A stretch of 15,828 bases of DNA from Candidatus Micrarchaeota archaeon (GTDB lineage Archaea > Micrarchaeota > Micrarchaeia > Norongarragalinales > UBA8480), in the NCBI GenBank assembly GCA_043805855.1, contig JAZDHP010000028.1:1-15828 (forward strand), in the 5' to 3' direction. Below the pieces are notes generated by a model. It was given only the letters and a program-made list of their open reading frames with translations, was not told the DNA's origin and searched no databases. This document shows positions 7,747-15,184 of the stretch, in pieces (the first letter of the stretch is position 1; every line of letters starts with the position of its first letter). The position numbers were made by a program, and so were the translations under genes.

Positions 7747-9501
7747 CTATTGCTCGTTTTCATCTTCGCCTAGTTTTTCACTTTGTCTGCTAGCATCTAC
7801 TTTTTCAAGTGCTTTTGTTAGTTCTTCTCCATAGTGCGTGCCAGCGAGTCTCCTAGCTACCTCTCGCACTTTCTGTAAGTGACCTGGGGGCAGTGATTCA
7901 AATCTTTCTCCATACCATTCAATTGCACGGGTAAATGCTCTTGCGGCGGTGTCAAGGTCGCCACTTTTCAGTTTGCTAAATCCCACTTGTAAATTAGCGT
8001 TTATTTGTTCACGTTTCCAATCAGGTGGGTTTGGTTCTTCTTCCAGGGGTTTACTTTGTAGCGTTTCCTCGCTATTTGGAGCTTGTTCAGCTTCCAGTTG
8101 CGGGTGCCATTTTTCTAGAACTTTTTTTAACCTGTCTCTAGTTGAATCTGTAATTCGTCGGTCGCGTTGGGATATAATTGCCTTTGCAATGTTCATTTCT
8201 CCCGGCGCGAGCTTGCGGCCGAGGTTAATTGCATCTATAAACGAATGTGCTGCGAATTCCCAGTTTTCTCCAAAAAAGTGTTCAAGCGCCCTTGTAGCGT
8301 GGTCATTTCCCAATTCTCTCAAAATATCTTCATTCCAATCTTTTTCAGGAATTGGTACATAATTAAGTATAACTTCTCCAGCTTGGTCGTGCCCATAGGA
8401 GGTTTCTCGCGCGGCTCTAGCTTCCGCTTTGCTTACAATTCTAGTTCCAATTCTAGATGGTGTTGTGTAACTAATGCTTTTGTTAGGGAATTTTTTCTTT
8501 AGCGATTTAAGCTTATCTTCAAGAGTAGCCCCTGGTTCTCTAAAAACGTAAAAGAAGGGTATAGTGAGGTATGATTCTTTTTGGCCAAGAGCGTCTGGCG
8601 TTGGACGTATATTTTTTATAGCTTGAGCCATTTTTGACGCGTCTTGCTCTGCAAGTTCAGCTGGTGGTTTGTAAACGCCCATGTCTCTAGGTGCAGTTAT
8701 GGCTGCGTTTGGTTGCCAAGTTCTTAGAGCTTCTTTTAAATTGTCATGATCTTGTAACCGTAGTTTACTTGAGCTAGCAGCTAAGAATTTTAATTTTCCC
8801 AAATCTCCCGGACTTAGTTGACTGCCATCTTTCATCGCGCGCACATATGCCTGCACTGCTCTTTGTAAATGAGCGCGGCTTAAAGCAGTTGAACCTCCTT
8901 TCAACGCTTCTGCAAAACAATACCTCGCGTATTCAATATTTTTTTCTGGATTTTTTTGTATTTGCCCAATGTATTTACTATCGTCGAGAATCTTGTATTT
9001 TTCAGGCGTAGCTTCGCCTCTACTAACCGCGCCTAAATTTACCGACTTAGCCATTGAACGCATTTCAGGCAAGAGGAGTTTTGCACCTAATACGGCTGCA
9101 ATTGGCACTCCTAGCAAAGCCGCGCCAATTGCAGTTCTCCTTAATATCTTCTTCCACCGGTTAACTGGGGGAGTTATTTGTTTGCCTGACAGCGCATTAA
9201 TTTCCTTTACAAGAGTTTCAAGTGCAATTGTCGGGCTTTTCCTAACTTGTCCTTCACTTTTATGCACTAGCTGTTTGACTTTTAGTTTAAACGCCTCTTC
9301 CTTCTTTTTTTGAACTGATTCTCTATGTAGCTCTGCTAAAGTTTCGCCAATTTCTCGCAATACTTTTAAAGACGCTGGCTTTTTCCGAGTTTCTCTAGCC
9401 AACGCTAAGTAAAGCGCATCTCCCTTAGTTCGTAGAAATCCATGTCGCGGCACTTTACTTTCGTTGAAATGCTTTTTTGCCCTTTCCAGCGTTATGGCCA
9501 T
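7747..9501 (-). CDS. Hypothetical single-pass membrane protein with three internal helical (TPR-like) repeats
   Basis: 584-aa ORF with a basic N-terminus, TM helix aa ~123-144 and three similar ~70-aa blocks; starts 9 bp after the AMP phosphorylase stop. Confidence 0.85.
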   Translation of the reverse strand: MAITLERAKKHFNESKVPRHGFLRTKGDALYLALARETRKKPASLKVLREIGETLAELHRESVQKKKEEAFKLKVKQLVHKSEGQVRKSPTIALETLVKEINALSGKQITPPVNRWKKILRRTAIGAALLGVPIAAVLGAKLLLPEMRSMAKSVNLGAVSRGEATPEKYKILDDSKYIGQIQKNPEKNIEYARYCFAEALKGGSTALSRAHLQRAVQAYVRAMKDGSQLSPGDLGKLKFLAASSSKLRLQDHDNLKEALRTWQPNAAITAPRDMGVYKPPAELAEQDASKMAQAIKNIRPTPDALGQKESYLTIPFFYVFREPGATLEDKLKSLKKKFPNKSISYTTPSRIGTRIVSKAEARAARETSYGHDQAGEVILNYVPIPEKDWNEDILRELGNDHATRALEHFFGENWEFAAHSFIDAINLGRKLAPGEMNIAKAIISQRDRRITDSTRDRLKKVLEKWHPQLEAEQAPNSEETLQSKPLEEEPNPPDWKREQINANLQVGFSKLKSGDLDTAARAFTRAIEWYGERFESLPPGHLQKVREVARRLAGTHYGEELTKALEKVDASRQSEKLGEDENEQ

Positions 9502-9510
9502 AAGTTAATT

Positions 9511-11106
9511 TTACATAGTATCGATTATAATTCTCTCTATTTCAACAACCGGGAACTGTTTTGCCTGTTCAATTGCAAATTCCATTTTCTCCTTACTGTT
9601 TGCATAAAGCGTGTATAGCTTTTGTCCCTTTGTAACTTTATCTCCAGTGCTAATATGAATTACCATTCCTGCGCTTTTTTCAATTGGGCTACCAAGTGCA
9701 CGGCAAACGCGCGAAATTGCTTTATTATCAATGTGTTCAACTTTTCCACTCGCGTCTGCAATAACGTCAAATGCAATTTTTCCAACTTTAATGTCCTTCT
9801 CAGTTATTTCAGGGTCTCCTCCCTGCGCCGCGATTAACTCTTTGAACTTCGCATATGCTTTTCCACTTTTCAACTGGTGCATTGCAATGCGGTAACCTTC
9901 CTCCTGCGTTGTACCGCGAACCATTTTCAAAATTTTGCCAGCCATGATTGCAGTCTTTTCAACTAGCAACCCATCGCCACCTTTCATAACTTTCAATATC
10001 TCTATTGCCTCTAGCGCTGGGCCAATTGCTTTTAAAACAGGTTCACTGCCGTCAGTAATTACAATTTCAACTTTCATTCCCAATTTGCTTCCAAGCGTCT
10101 GGAAGTCCTGCGCTAACTCCCGCGCTTTTTCAACTTCGAGAATCTTTGTACCACGGCCAATTGGAATATCTAACAACACGTGCGTTGCCCCTTCTGCCTT
10201 TTTCTTTGCTAAGATGCTAGAAAGTAAAAGCGACTTCGGATCTAAACGCAGCGGGTTGCGAATTTTTATCAACTTATCGTCGGCAACCGCCATGTTAACT
10301 GCGCCGCCCCACACGAGACAACAGTTAACTTTTTTTATGACATTTTTTATTTCGCTTAAAGATAGGGAAACTGGACAAAACACTTCCATTGTGTCTGCAG
10401 TTCCAGCTGCGCTTGAAATTGCCCGCGTGCAAGTTTTTGGAATTGTAATCCCAAGAGAAGCCAACAACGGCACTAAGATAATGCTTACTCTATCTCCTGC
10501 AACGCCGCCAATTGAATGTTCGCTTACAATTATTTTGCCTTTTTCAAAAGTCAACGAATCGCCGGTTTCAAAAATTGCCCTTGTAAGCGCTGCGGTTTCT
10601 TCACTGTTCAACTCGTTAATGTAAACCGCAGCCATGAAAGCAGCTAACTCTGCATTTGAAAGCTTTTCAGCCATTAAATCCTTTACGATTTCAGTTATCT
10701 CTCCAGTTGAAAGCACTTCATTGTCAAGTTTCTTGCGAATGTAGTCTAAACTTTTTGGACGGTAGCTTGGTTCAATAGTAACTACGTCGCCGCTCTTTGC
10801 GTTTAACGTAGAAGCAATTTCTGAAAATAATTCAATTTCACCAGGCTTTAAGTAATACTTTGAATGATCTACCAACGCAATTGCTTCTCTTCCGCGCGCT
10901 TTTACTTTTATTCTATCAAGTAAACCCAAATCAAGACATTTTGCCTCTTCCTCGTTAAGCGCAATTTCATTTTGCCCCGCTTTTATATCAATAACTTTTG
11001 CAGTGAATTTAGTAGTTGCAAAGGAACCACAATGTAATTCCGGCGTTTTTACCTTTGTTTTAAAAGGTTGTTTTTTGAGTTTTTTAAATCGTTCTGACAT
11101 AACCAT
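9511..11106 (-). CDS. deoA: AMP phosphorylase (archaeal thymidine/pyrimidine-nucleoside phosphorylase family)
   Basis: HSIGGVAG, IPKTCTRAISSAAGTADTMEV, ADDKLIKIRNPLRLDP, SILAKK, ITDGSEP and IGPALEA motifs. It also has the N-terminal extra domain typical of AMP phosphorylases. Start is 11106 or 11100. Confidence 0.93.
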   Translation of the reverse strand: MVMSERFKKLKKQPFKTKVKTPELHCGSFATTKFTAKVIDIKAGQNEIALNEEEAKCLDLGLLDRIKVKARGREAIALVDHSKYYLKPGEIELFSEIASTLNAKSGDVVTIEPSYRPKSLDYIRKKLDNEVLSTGEITEIVKDLMAEKLSNAELAAFMAAVYINELNSEETAALTRAIFETGDSLTFEKGKIIVSEHSIGGVAGDRVSIILVPLLASLGITIPKTCTRAISSAAGTADTMEVFCPVSLSLSEIKNVIKKVNCCLVWGGAVNMAVADDKLIKIRNPLRLDPKSLLLSSILAKKKAEGATHVLLDIPIGRGTKILEVEKARELAQDFQTLGSKLGMKVEIVITDGSEPVLKAIGPALEAIEILKVMKGGDGLLVEKTAIMAGKILKMVRGTTQEEGYRIAMHQLKSGKAYAKFKELIAAQGGDPEITEKDIKVGKIAFDVIADASGKVEHIDNKAISRVCRALGSPIEKSAGMVIHISTGDKVTKGQKLYTLYANSKEKMEFAIEQAKQFPVVEIERIIIDTM

Positions 11107-11222
11107 TAATAATCTACCGTTAACAGAATACTATTAGTAAATTTAACTGCGTTTCGCTTAGCGTAGCGCAAAGGCATATCGCCAAATTTATCGTAAAATA
11201 CAAATATTTCGTGGGGATTTTT

Positions 11223-12311
11223 ATGGAAAACGGAATTTTAATAGCACAAGATTATGTCATTCAAGAGCCAAACAAGCCATTGTCCGACGAGGACAAAGAA
11301 ATACTTGCAGTTCTAGACGCAAGTCGTCCTAAAATATATGTTGTTGGAACTGGCGGCAGCGGTTGCAATACAGTTAATAGAATGGCTCAAGTTGGAATCA
11401 AAGGTGCGGTTACAATTGCAATGAACACCGACGCACAGCACTTAATTAAAATAAAGGCTGATAAACGCCTGTTGCTCGGGAAAAAGAAAACTAAGGGGCT
11501 AGGCGCTGGAAGTAACCCTGCAGTTGGAGAAGCAGCTGCACAAGAGTCAATGGAAGAAATTAAACAATTGATTTCAAACGCAGATTTAGTATTCGTAACT
11601 TGTGGCATGGGCGGTGGAACTGGAACTGGTTCAGCTCACGTGATTGCCAAAATTGCAAAAGACCTAGGTGCGCTATGCGTAGGAATAGTTACGTTGCCTT
11701 TTTACTCAGAAGGGCCAAAAAGAATGCGCAACGCAATGGAAGGGCTTGAAAAACTACAACGAACTGCAGATACTGTAATTGCAATTCCAAATGACAAATT
11801 GCTTCAGTTCGTGCCAGATTTACCATTAAACGCAGCGTTTAAAGTTGCCGATAGTGTACTTGTAAATTCAGTCAAGGGAATAACTGAACTAATTACAAAA
11901 CCAGGACTTGTAAATCTCGACTTTGCAGACATGAGGACAATCCTCGAGCACAGCGGCGACGCCGTAATTGGATTAGGTGAGGTCTCAAACGACGAGACAA
12001 AAGACCGCCTGTTGCTAGCTGCTGAAAAGGCACTTGCATCTCCACTTCTCGACGTCGACATACACTCTGCGGATCGCGCGTTGGTAAACATAACCGGCGG
12101 TTCAAGCATGACTCTCGGCGAAGCAGAAGCAGCTGTAAACGCAATTGCCTCGAGAATTTCAAAAGACGCGCACATAATTTGGGGCGCAACAATTGACGAC
12201 GGAATGGAAAAAGGCGGCGTACGCGTTTTAACCGTGCTCGCTGGAATAAAGAGAGCGGCAATGACTCAAGATGGAGTTGCAGAAGCGCAGCTTGACCTTG
12301 ACTTCGTTTAA
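11223..12311 (+). CDS. ftsZ: Cell division protein FtsZ (FtsZ1-type by context)
   Basis: VVGTGGSGCN, NTDAQHL, tubulin signature GMGGGTGTG, GLVNLDFAD; lies upstream of secE-spt5. ATG 11223 preferred, with GTG 11211 as an alternative. Confidence 0.98.
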   Translation: MENGILIAQDYVIQEPNKPLSDEDKEILAVLDASRPKIYVVGTGGSGCNTVNRMAQVGIKGAVTIAMNTDAQHLIKIKADKRLLLGKKKTKGLGAGSNPAVGEAAAQESMEEIKQLISNADLVFVTCGMGGGTGTGSAHVIAKIAKDLGALCVGIVTLPFYSEGPKRMRNAMEGLEKLQRTADTVIAIPNDKLLQFVPDLPLNAAFKVADSVLVNSVKGITELITKPGLVNLDFADMRTILEHSGDAVIGLGEVSNDETKDRLLLAAEKALASPLLDVDIHSADRALVNITGGSSMTLGEAEAAVNAIASRISKDAHIIWGATIDDGMEKGGVRVLTVLAGIKRAAMTQDGVAEAQLDLDFV

Positions 12312-12325
12312 AAAAAGTGATAATT

Positions 12326-12505
12326 ATGGACTTAAGTATCGTAACCAATTTTGTAGAGCAAAGTAAACGCGTGTTAAACGTCACCCACAAGCCACAAGAC
12401 GCGGAATTCAGGCAAATGGTGCTCATAACTGGCCTTGGGCTAGTTGTAATTGGCATTATTGGGTTTATAATTTCAATGGCAGCGCACTACCTGCGCGTAT
12501 CGTGA
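12326..12505 (+). CDS. secE: Protein translocase SecE / Sec61-gamma
   Basis: RVLNVTHKPQDAEF followed by TM GLGLVVIGIIGFII, in its conserved position after ftsZ. Confidence 0.95.
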   Translation: MDLSIVTNFVEQSKRVLNVTHKPQDAEFRQMVLITGLGLVVIGIIGFIISMAAHYLRVS

Positions 12506-12589
12506 AAATACAAAAATAAAACAATACAAAAACAAAAATACGAAAATAACTACAAAATTAAATATAAAAATAAAAGCAAAAACAAAATG
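12506..12589 (+). repeat. Degenerate A-rich hexanucleotide tandem repeat (14 units)
   Basis: AAATAC AAAAAT AAAACA ATACAA AAACAA AAATAC GAAAAT AACTAC AAAATT AAATAT AAAAAT AAAAGC AAAAAC AAAATG; about 73% A by hand count. Confidence 0.7.
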
Positions 12590-12615
12590 ATGTTTAAAGG
12601 AGTTTGAGAAAAATT

Positions 12616-13044
12616 ATGTTATACACTTATAGAGTAACTGCAGGGCAAGAAGCAATTGTTTCTGACTTGCTTTCCAAAAAAATTGAAAAAACCGGAGCAG
12701 CAATAAAAGCTATAATCGTTTCACATCGACTGCGCGGCTACGTTTTAGTAGAAGCGCCGGACGACATCACTGCCAAGTCAATCATTGCCAACGTACCGCA
12801 CATTAAAGGCGCGCTTCACAAGCCAATGCAAATCGCAGACATTGCTGAGTTATTGGAAAGTAAACCGCAAGAAATTATAATCAACAAAGGCGACTTAGTT
12901 GAAATAATCTCAGGCGCGTTCAAAGGCGAAAAAGCCAAAATCGTCAGAATCGAAGGCGAAAACGCAACAGTTGAACTAATCGAAGTTGCAGTACCAATAC
13001 CCGTAACAATAAAAGTAAACGCGGTAAAAGTAATGCCGAAGTAA
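12616..13044 (+). CDS. spt5: Transcription elongation factor Spt5 (NusG family)
   Basis: NGN domain (RVTAGQE, LRGYVLVEA) plus KOW (GDLVEIISGAFKGEKAKIVRI). ATG 12616 preferred over TTG 12604. Confidence 0.96.
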   Translation: MLYTYRVTAGQEAIVSDLLSKKIEKTGAAIKAIIVSHRLRGYVLVEAPDDITAKSIIANVPHIKGALHKPMQIADIAELLESKPQEIIINKGDLVEIISGAFKGEKAKIVRIEGENATVELIEVAVPIPVTIKVNAVKVMPK

Positions 13045-13144
13045 GGCCCCCAGCGCGGCCTTACAATCCACGGCGACCGGCTTGGCCAGAGGTCTAAAAG
13101 GCCTGCGGCCTGAGCGGCCTTTTACCGGCAGCGACGTGTCGGTC
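13041..13144. repeat. GC-rich element of four stem-loops (A-B-A'-B'); function unknown
   Basis: GTAAGGCC/GGCCTTAC (13041-48/13057-64); GACCGGC-TTG-GCCAGAGGTC (13075-94); TAAAAGGCC/GGCCTTTTA (13095-103/13116-24); ACCGGCA/TGTCGGT (13124-30/13137-43). 69 of 104 bases are G+C. Confidence 0.7.
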
Positions 13145-13149
13145 AATAC

Positions 13150-13157
13150 TTTTAAAC
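13150..13157 (+). promoter_or_regulatory. Putative TATA box for the Doc gene
   Basis: TTTTAAAC about 22-29 bp upstream of ATG 13179. Confidence 0.5.
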
Positions 13158-13178
13158 CATTAGTTGCTACTTGTTTTT

Positions 13179-13571
13179 ATGAATTATTTGACAAAGCGGG
13201 TGATTATCGCAGCTAACCAATTTGCGGTAAGCTTGAGCAAAGACCCCTTTGTTATTTTGAACGAAGCTAATCTAGATTATTTGATCTCCTCAGTTCAGTA
13301 CAAATATAGTGACAAAGACGGAGAGGAACAGTTAGTACTCAAGGCGGCGTTTATGTTTGATTTTATGGCCAATAAAGGACACATGTTCGCCGAGGGTAAT
13401 AAAAGAACTGCAGTGAGTTCAACTCTCTTGTTCCTTGCTATGAATGATGCAGCGCTAGTAGAAATTGACGAAGGCGAGTTGTTAAACTTCGTTTTACTAG
13501 TTGCAAGTGGCCAGCAGTCAATTTCAAGCGTTGCTAGGTGGTTAAAGCAAAGGATAAAAATAACGAAGTGA
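13179..13571 (+). CDS. Fic/Doc family protein, death-on-curing (Doc) type toxin
   Basis: HMFAEGNKRTA (13380-13412) matches the Doc motif HxFx(D/E)GNKR. The MNYLT start and ~130-aa size are typical. Confidence 0.92.
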   Translation: MNYLTKRVIIAANQFAVSLSKDPFVILNEANLDYLISSVQYKYSDKDGEEQLVLKAAFMFDFMANKGHMFAEGNKRTAVSSTLLFLAMNDAALVEIDEGELLNFVLLVASGQQSISSVARWLKQRIKITK

Positions 13572-13577
13572 CAATCT

Positions 13578-13694
13578 ATGTTCATGGAAAAGAAAAGCAA
13601 AGACCGGTTTGTAACCGAAGAAGAAGCAATCCCTATTTTGAAAAAAATAATTGCCAAATACCGAAAAACGCTAATGGCGCTGTCAAAGTACTAA
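13578..13694 (+). CDS. 38-aa small protein, putative minimal antitoxin for Doc (not in the ORF track)
   Basis: MFMEKKSKDRFVTEEEAIPILKKIIAKYRKTLMALSKY*. Starts 6 bp after the Doc stop (alternative ATG 13584) and fills the gap to the next promoter. It forms an amphipathic helix ending YxxxLxxLSK. Confidence 0.7.
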   Translation: MFMEKKSKDRFVTEEEAIPILKKIIAKYRKTLMALSKY

Positions 13695-13724
13695 GCTTAA
13701 AAATTTGGCTACTTAAAATAATGT

Positions 13725-15089
13725 ATGACAAAAGTTGGCCAAATTTTTGCAATAATCTTAATTGTTCTTTTTTTAGGCTTTACGGCGGCTATTTCGCAGG
13801 CAAATATTCTTAGTGGATATAGTTTGCTTCCAAGCATTAAAAATTCTGCTCCTAATTGTGTTCCGTTAGTGTTAAACAAAAACCCAAACTCCGCGTTTAA
13901 TTTTGTCATTGCCTTTTATGGACTTTCTCAGAAAGATATTGATAAATACGGGTATAGTATTTCTCGGGCCCAGTTTTATCGTTCTCAGTACAATAAAACA
14001 GATCCAAAATATGGTTTTAGTACGTGGGTAATTGAACAGGGGCCAAATTATTATAATGCAAGAGCCGGGTTATTTGAAATTGAACCATTTAAAAGTAATA
14101 TACGTGATTTTAACGTATTTTACATTTCAAAACCATTATCCGACAGCCTTAACGACCCTTTTCCTAAAGTTTATAGTTATTGTCAATTTTTACGCCCATC
14201 CTCTAAATTATTTACGAAACAACCACAAATGGAACTTGTAATTTTAACTAATAATAGATCCGCTTCAGGGTATAACGTTTGGCCGATGGAAGATATGGGT
14301 GAAACGTTTAACCATGAAATTGGGCATTCCTTTGGGCTTAAGGACGAATACTACACGGCTATGGAGTACAATAATTTGACTGCCCAAGAAGTAACTGCAT
14401 GGAACGCGCACGTGCCAAATTGCGATTATAGTCGCCCGCGTACGTCTAATGCGTATGTGACTGGCAAAGGCTACTGTACTCGGTGGTGCAAGGGAGTTGA
14501 CTCGGCTAATTATTCCATTTACTATTCTACGCGGCAACTTTTCGATCGTTGTAGCACCTTACTTAGCTCGAGAAGTACAGATTGGGTAAACTTTTGTAGG
14601 AGCAGTTTAAATTTCACAAGAAATTATGTTGAAAACGGCTATTATGCAAGATTTGTTGTAGATGGCAATCCAACTTGGTATGAGAGTGTTGAACAGGCGT
14701 GTACTGGAATATTTTCGCAAACAGCAAATAGCTCAGATTTTTACTATACTTCTAATATAGAGGAATTTTGTTTTGCTGGTTCATTGGAAAATATTTGGGA
14801 TATGAATATAGGTAAACAATGTGCTGCTGGGACAGGTTGTTATTTTGGCTGCGGGGGGTTTGGAAGAGTAAGTTATAACTACCGGCAATACGTTGGTGCT
14901 TTTGGAGATGCATTTAAGCCAAATATTGGCGGGATAATGAGTGGCGGGCCGTATGGCCGCAGTGACGCTTATGTCTCAGCATGGTTGCATAAAAATGACG
15001 CTTTATTACCATCTTACGGCGCCTATGAAATAAACTCAATTGCCACTAATTTACGTCGTAGATTAGCTACGTTAAACGTTCTTCCCTAG
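13725..15089 (+). CDS. Secreted zinc metallopeptidase, M64 (IgA peptidase)-like metzincin
   Basis: Signal or anchor peptide; EPFKSNIRDFNVFY; HEIGHSFGLKDEY (14313-14351); PNC; late GCYFGC...FKPNIGGIM (candidate Met-turn); 12 Cys. TATA-like TTAAAAA at 13697-13703. Confidence 0.8.
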   Translation: MTKVGQIFAIILIVLFLGFTAAISQANILSGYSLLPSIKNSAPNCVPLVLNKNPNSAFNFVIAFYGLSQKDIDKYGYSISRAQFYRSQYNKTDPKYGFSTWVIEQGPNYYNARAGLFEIEPFKSNIRDFNVFYISKPLSDSLNDPFPKVYSYCQFLRPSSKLFTKQPQMELVILTNNRSASGYNVWPMEDMGETFNHEIGHSFGLKDEYYTAMEYNNLTAQEVTAWNAHVPNCDYSRPRTSNAYVTGKGYCTRWCKGVDSANYSIYYSTRQLFDRCSTLLSSRSTDWVNFCRSSLNFTRNYVENGYYARFVVDGNPTWYESVEQACTGIFSQTANSSDFYYTSNIEEFCFAGSLENIWDMNIGKQCAAGTGCYFGCGGFGRVSYNYRQYVGAFGDAFKPNIGGIMSGGPYGRSDAYVSAWLHKNDALLPSYGAYEINSIATNLRRRLATLNVLP

Positions 15090-15184
15090 AAAGTGTTTAT
15101 TAACCGCTTTGTTTCTACTTACCTAGCTTCTGAGTCTATAAGTTAACGTTTAAAGTTTAAATCTAAGGGAGTGAATTTACATAT

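Noticed and set aside
9935..10624. 229-aa + strand ORF and similar antisense ORFs (e.g. 4637-5378, 7949-8502, 11804-12456, 15202-15486)
   Set aside because: They lie opposite well-supported genes and show no motifs; typical antisense shadows.
12506..12589. Possible CRISPR array or leader
   Set aside because: No 24-47 bp direct repeats with unique spacers and no cas genes in the window.
13075..13145. tRNA-like reading: 7-bp GACCGGC/GTCGGTC stem and a GGCC D-arm-like hairpin
   Set aside because: No TTC-type T loop and no proper 5-bp/7-nt anticodon arm, so it is not supportable as a tRNA. Kept only as a structured element.
13538..13813. 91-aa ORF from the track as the Doc partner
   Set aside because: It overlaps both doc and the peptidase and has no protein-like pattern. 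The 38-aa ORF at 13578-13694 fits the gap cleanly.
13045..15184. IS element or integrated virus as the explanation for the island
   Set aside because: No transposase, integrase, terminal inverted repeats or target-site duplication found by eye.
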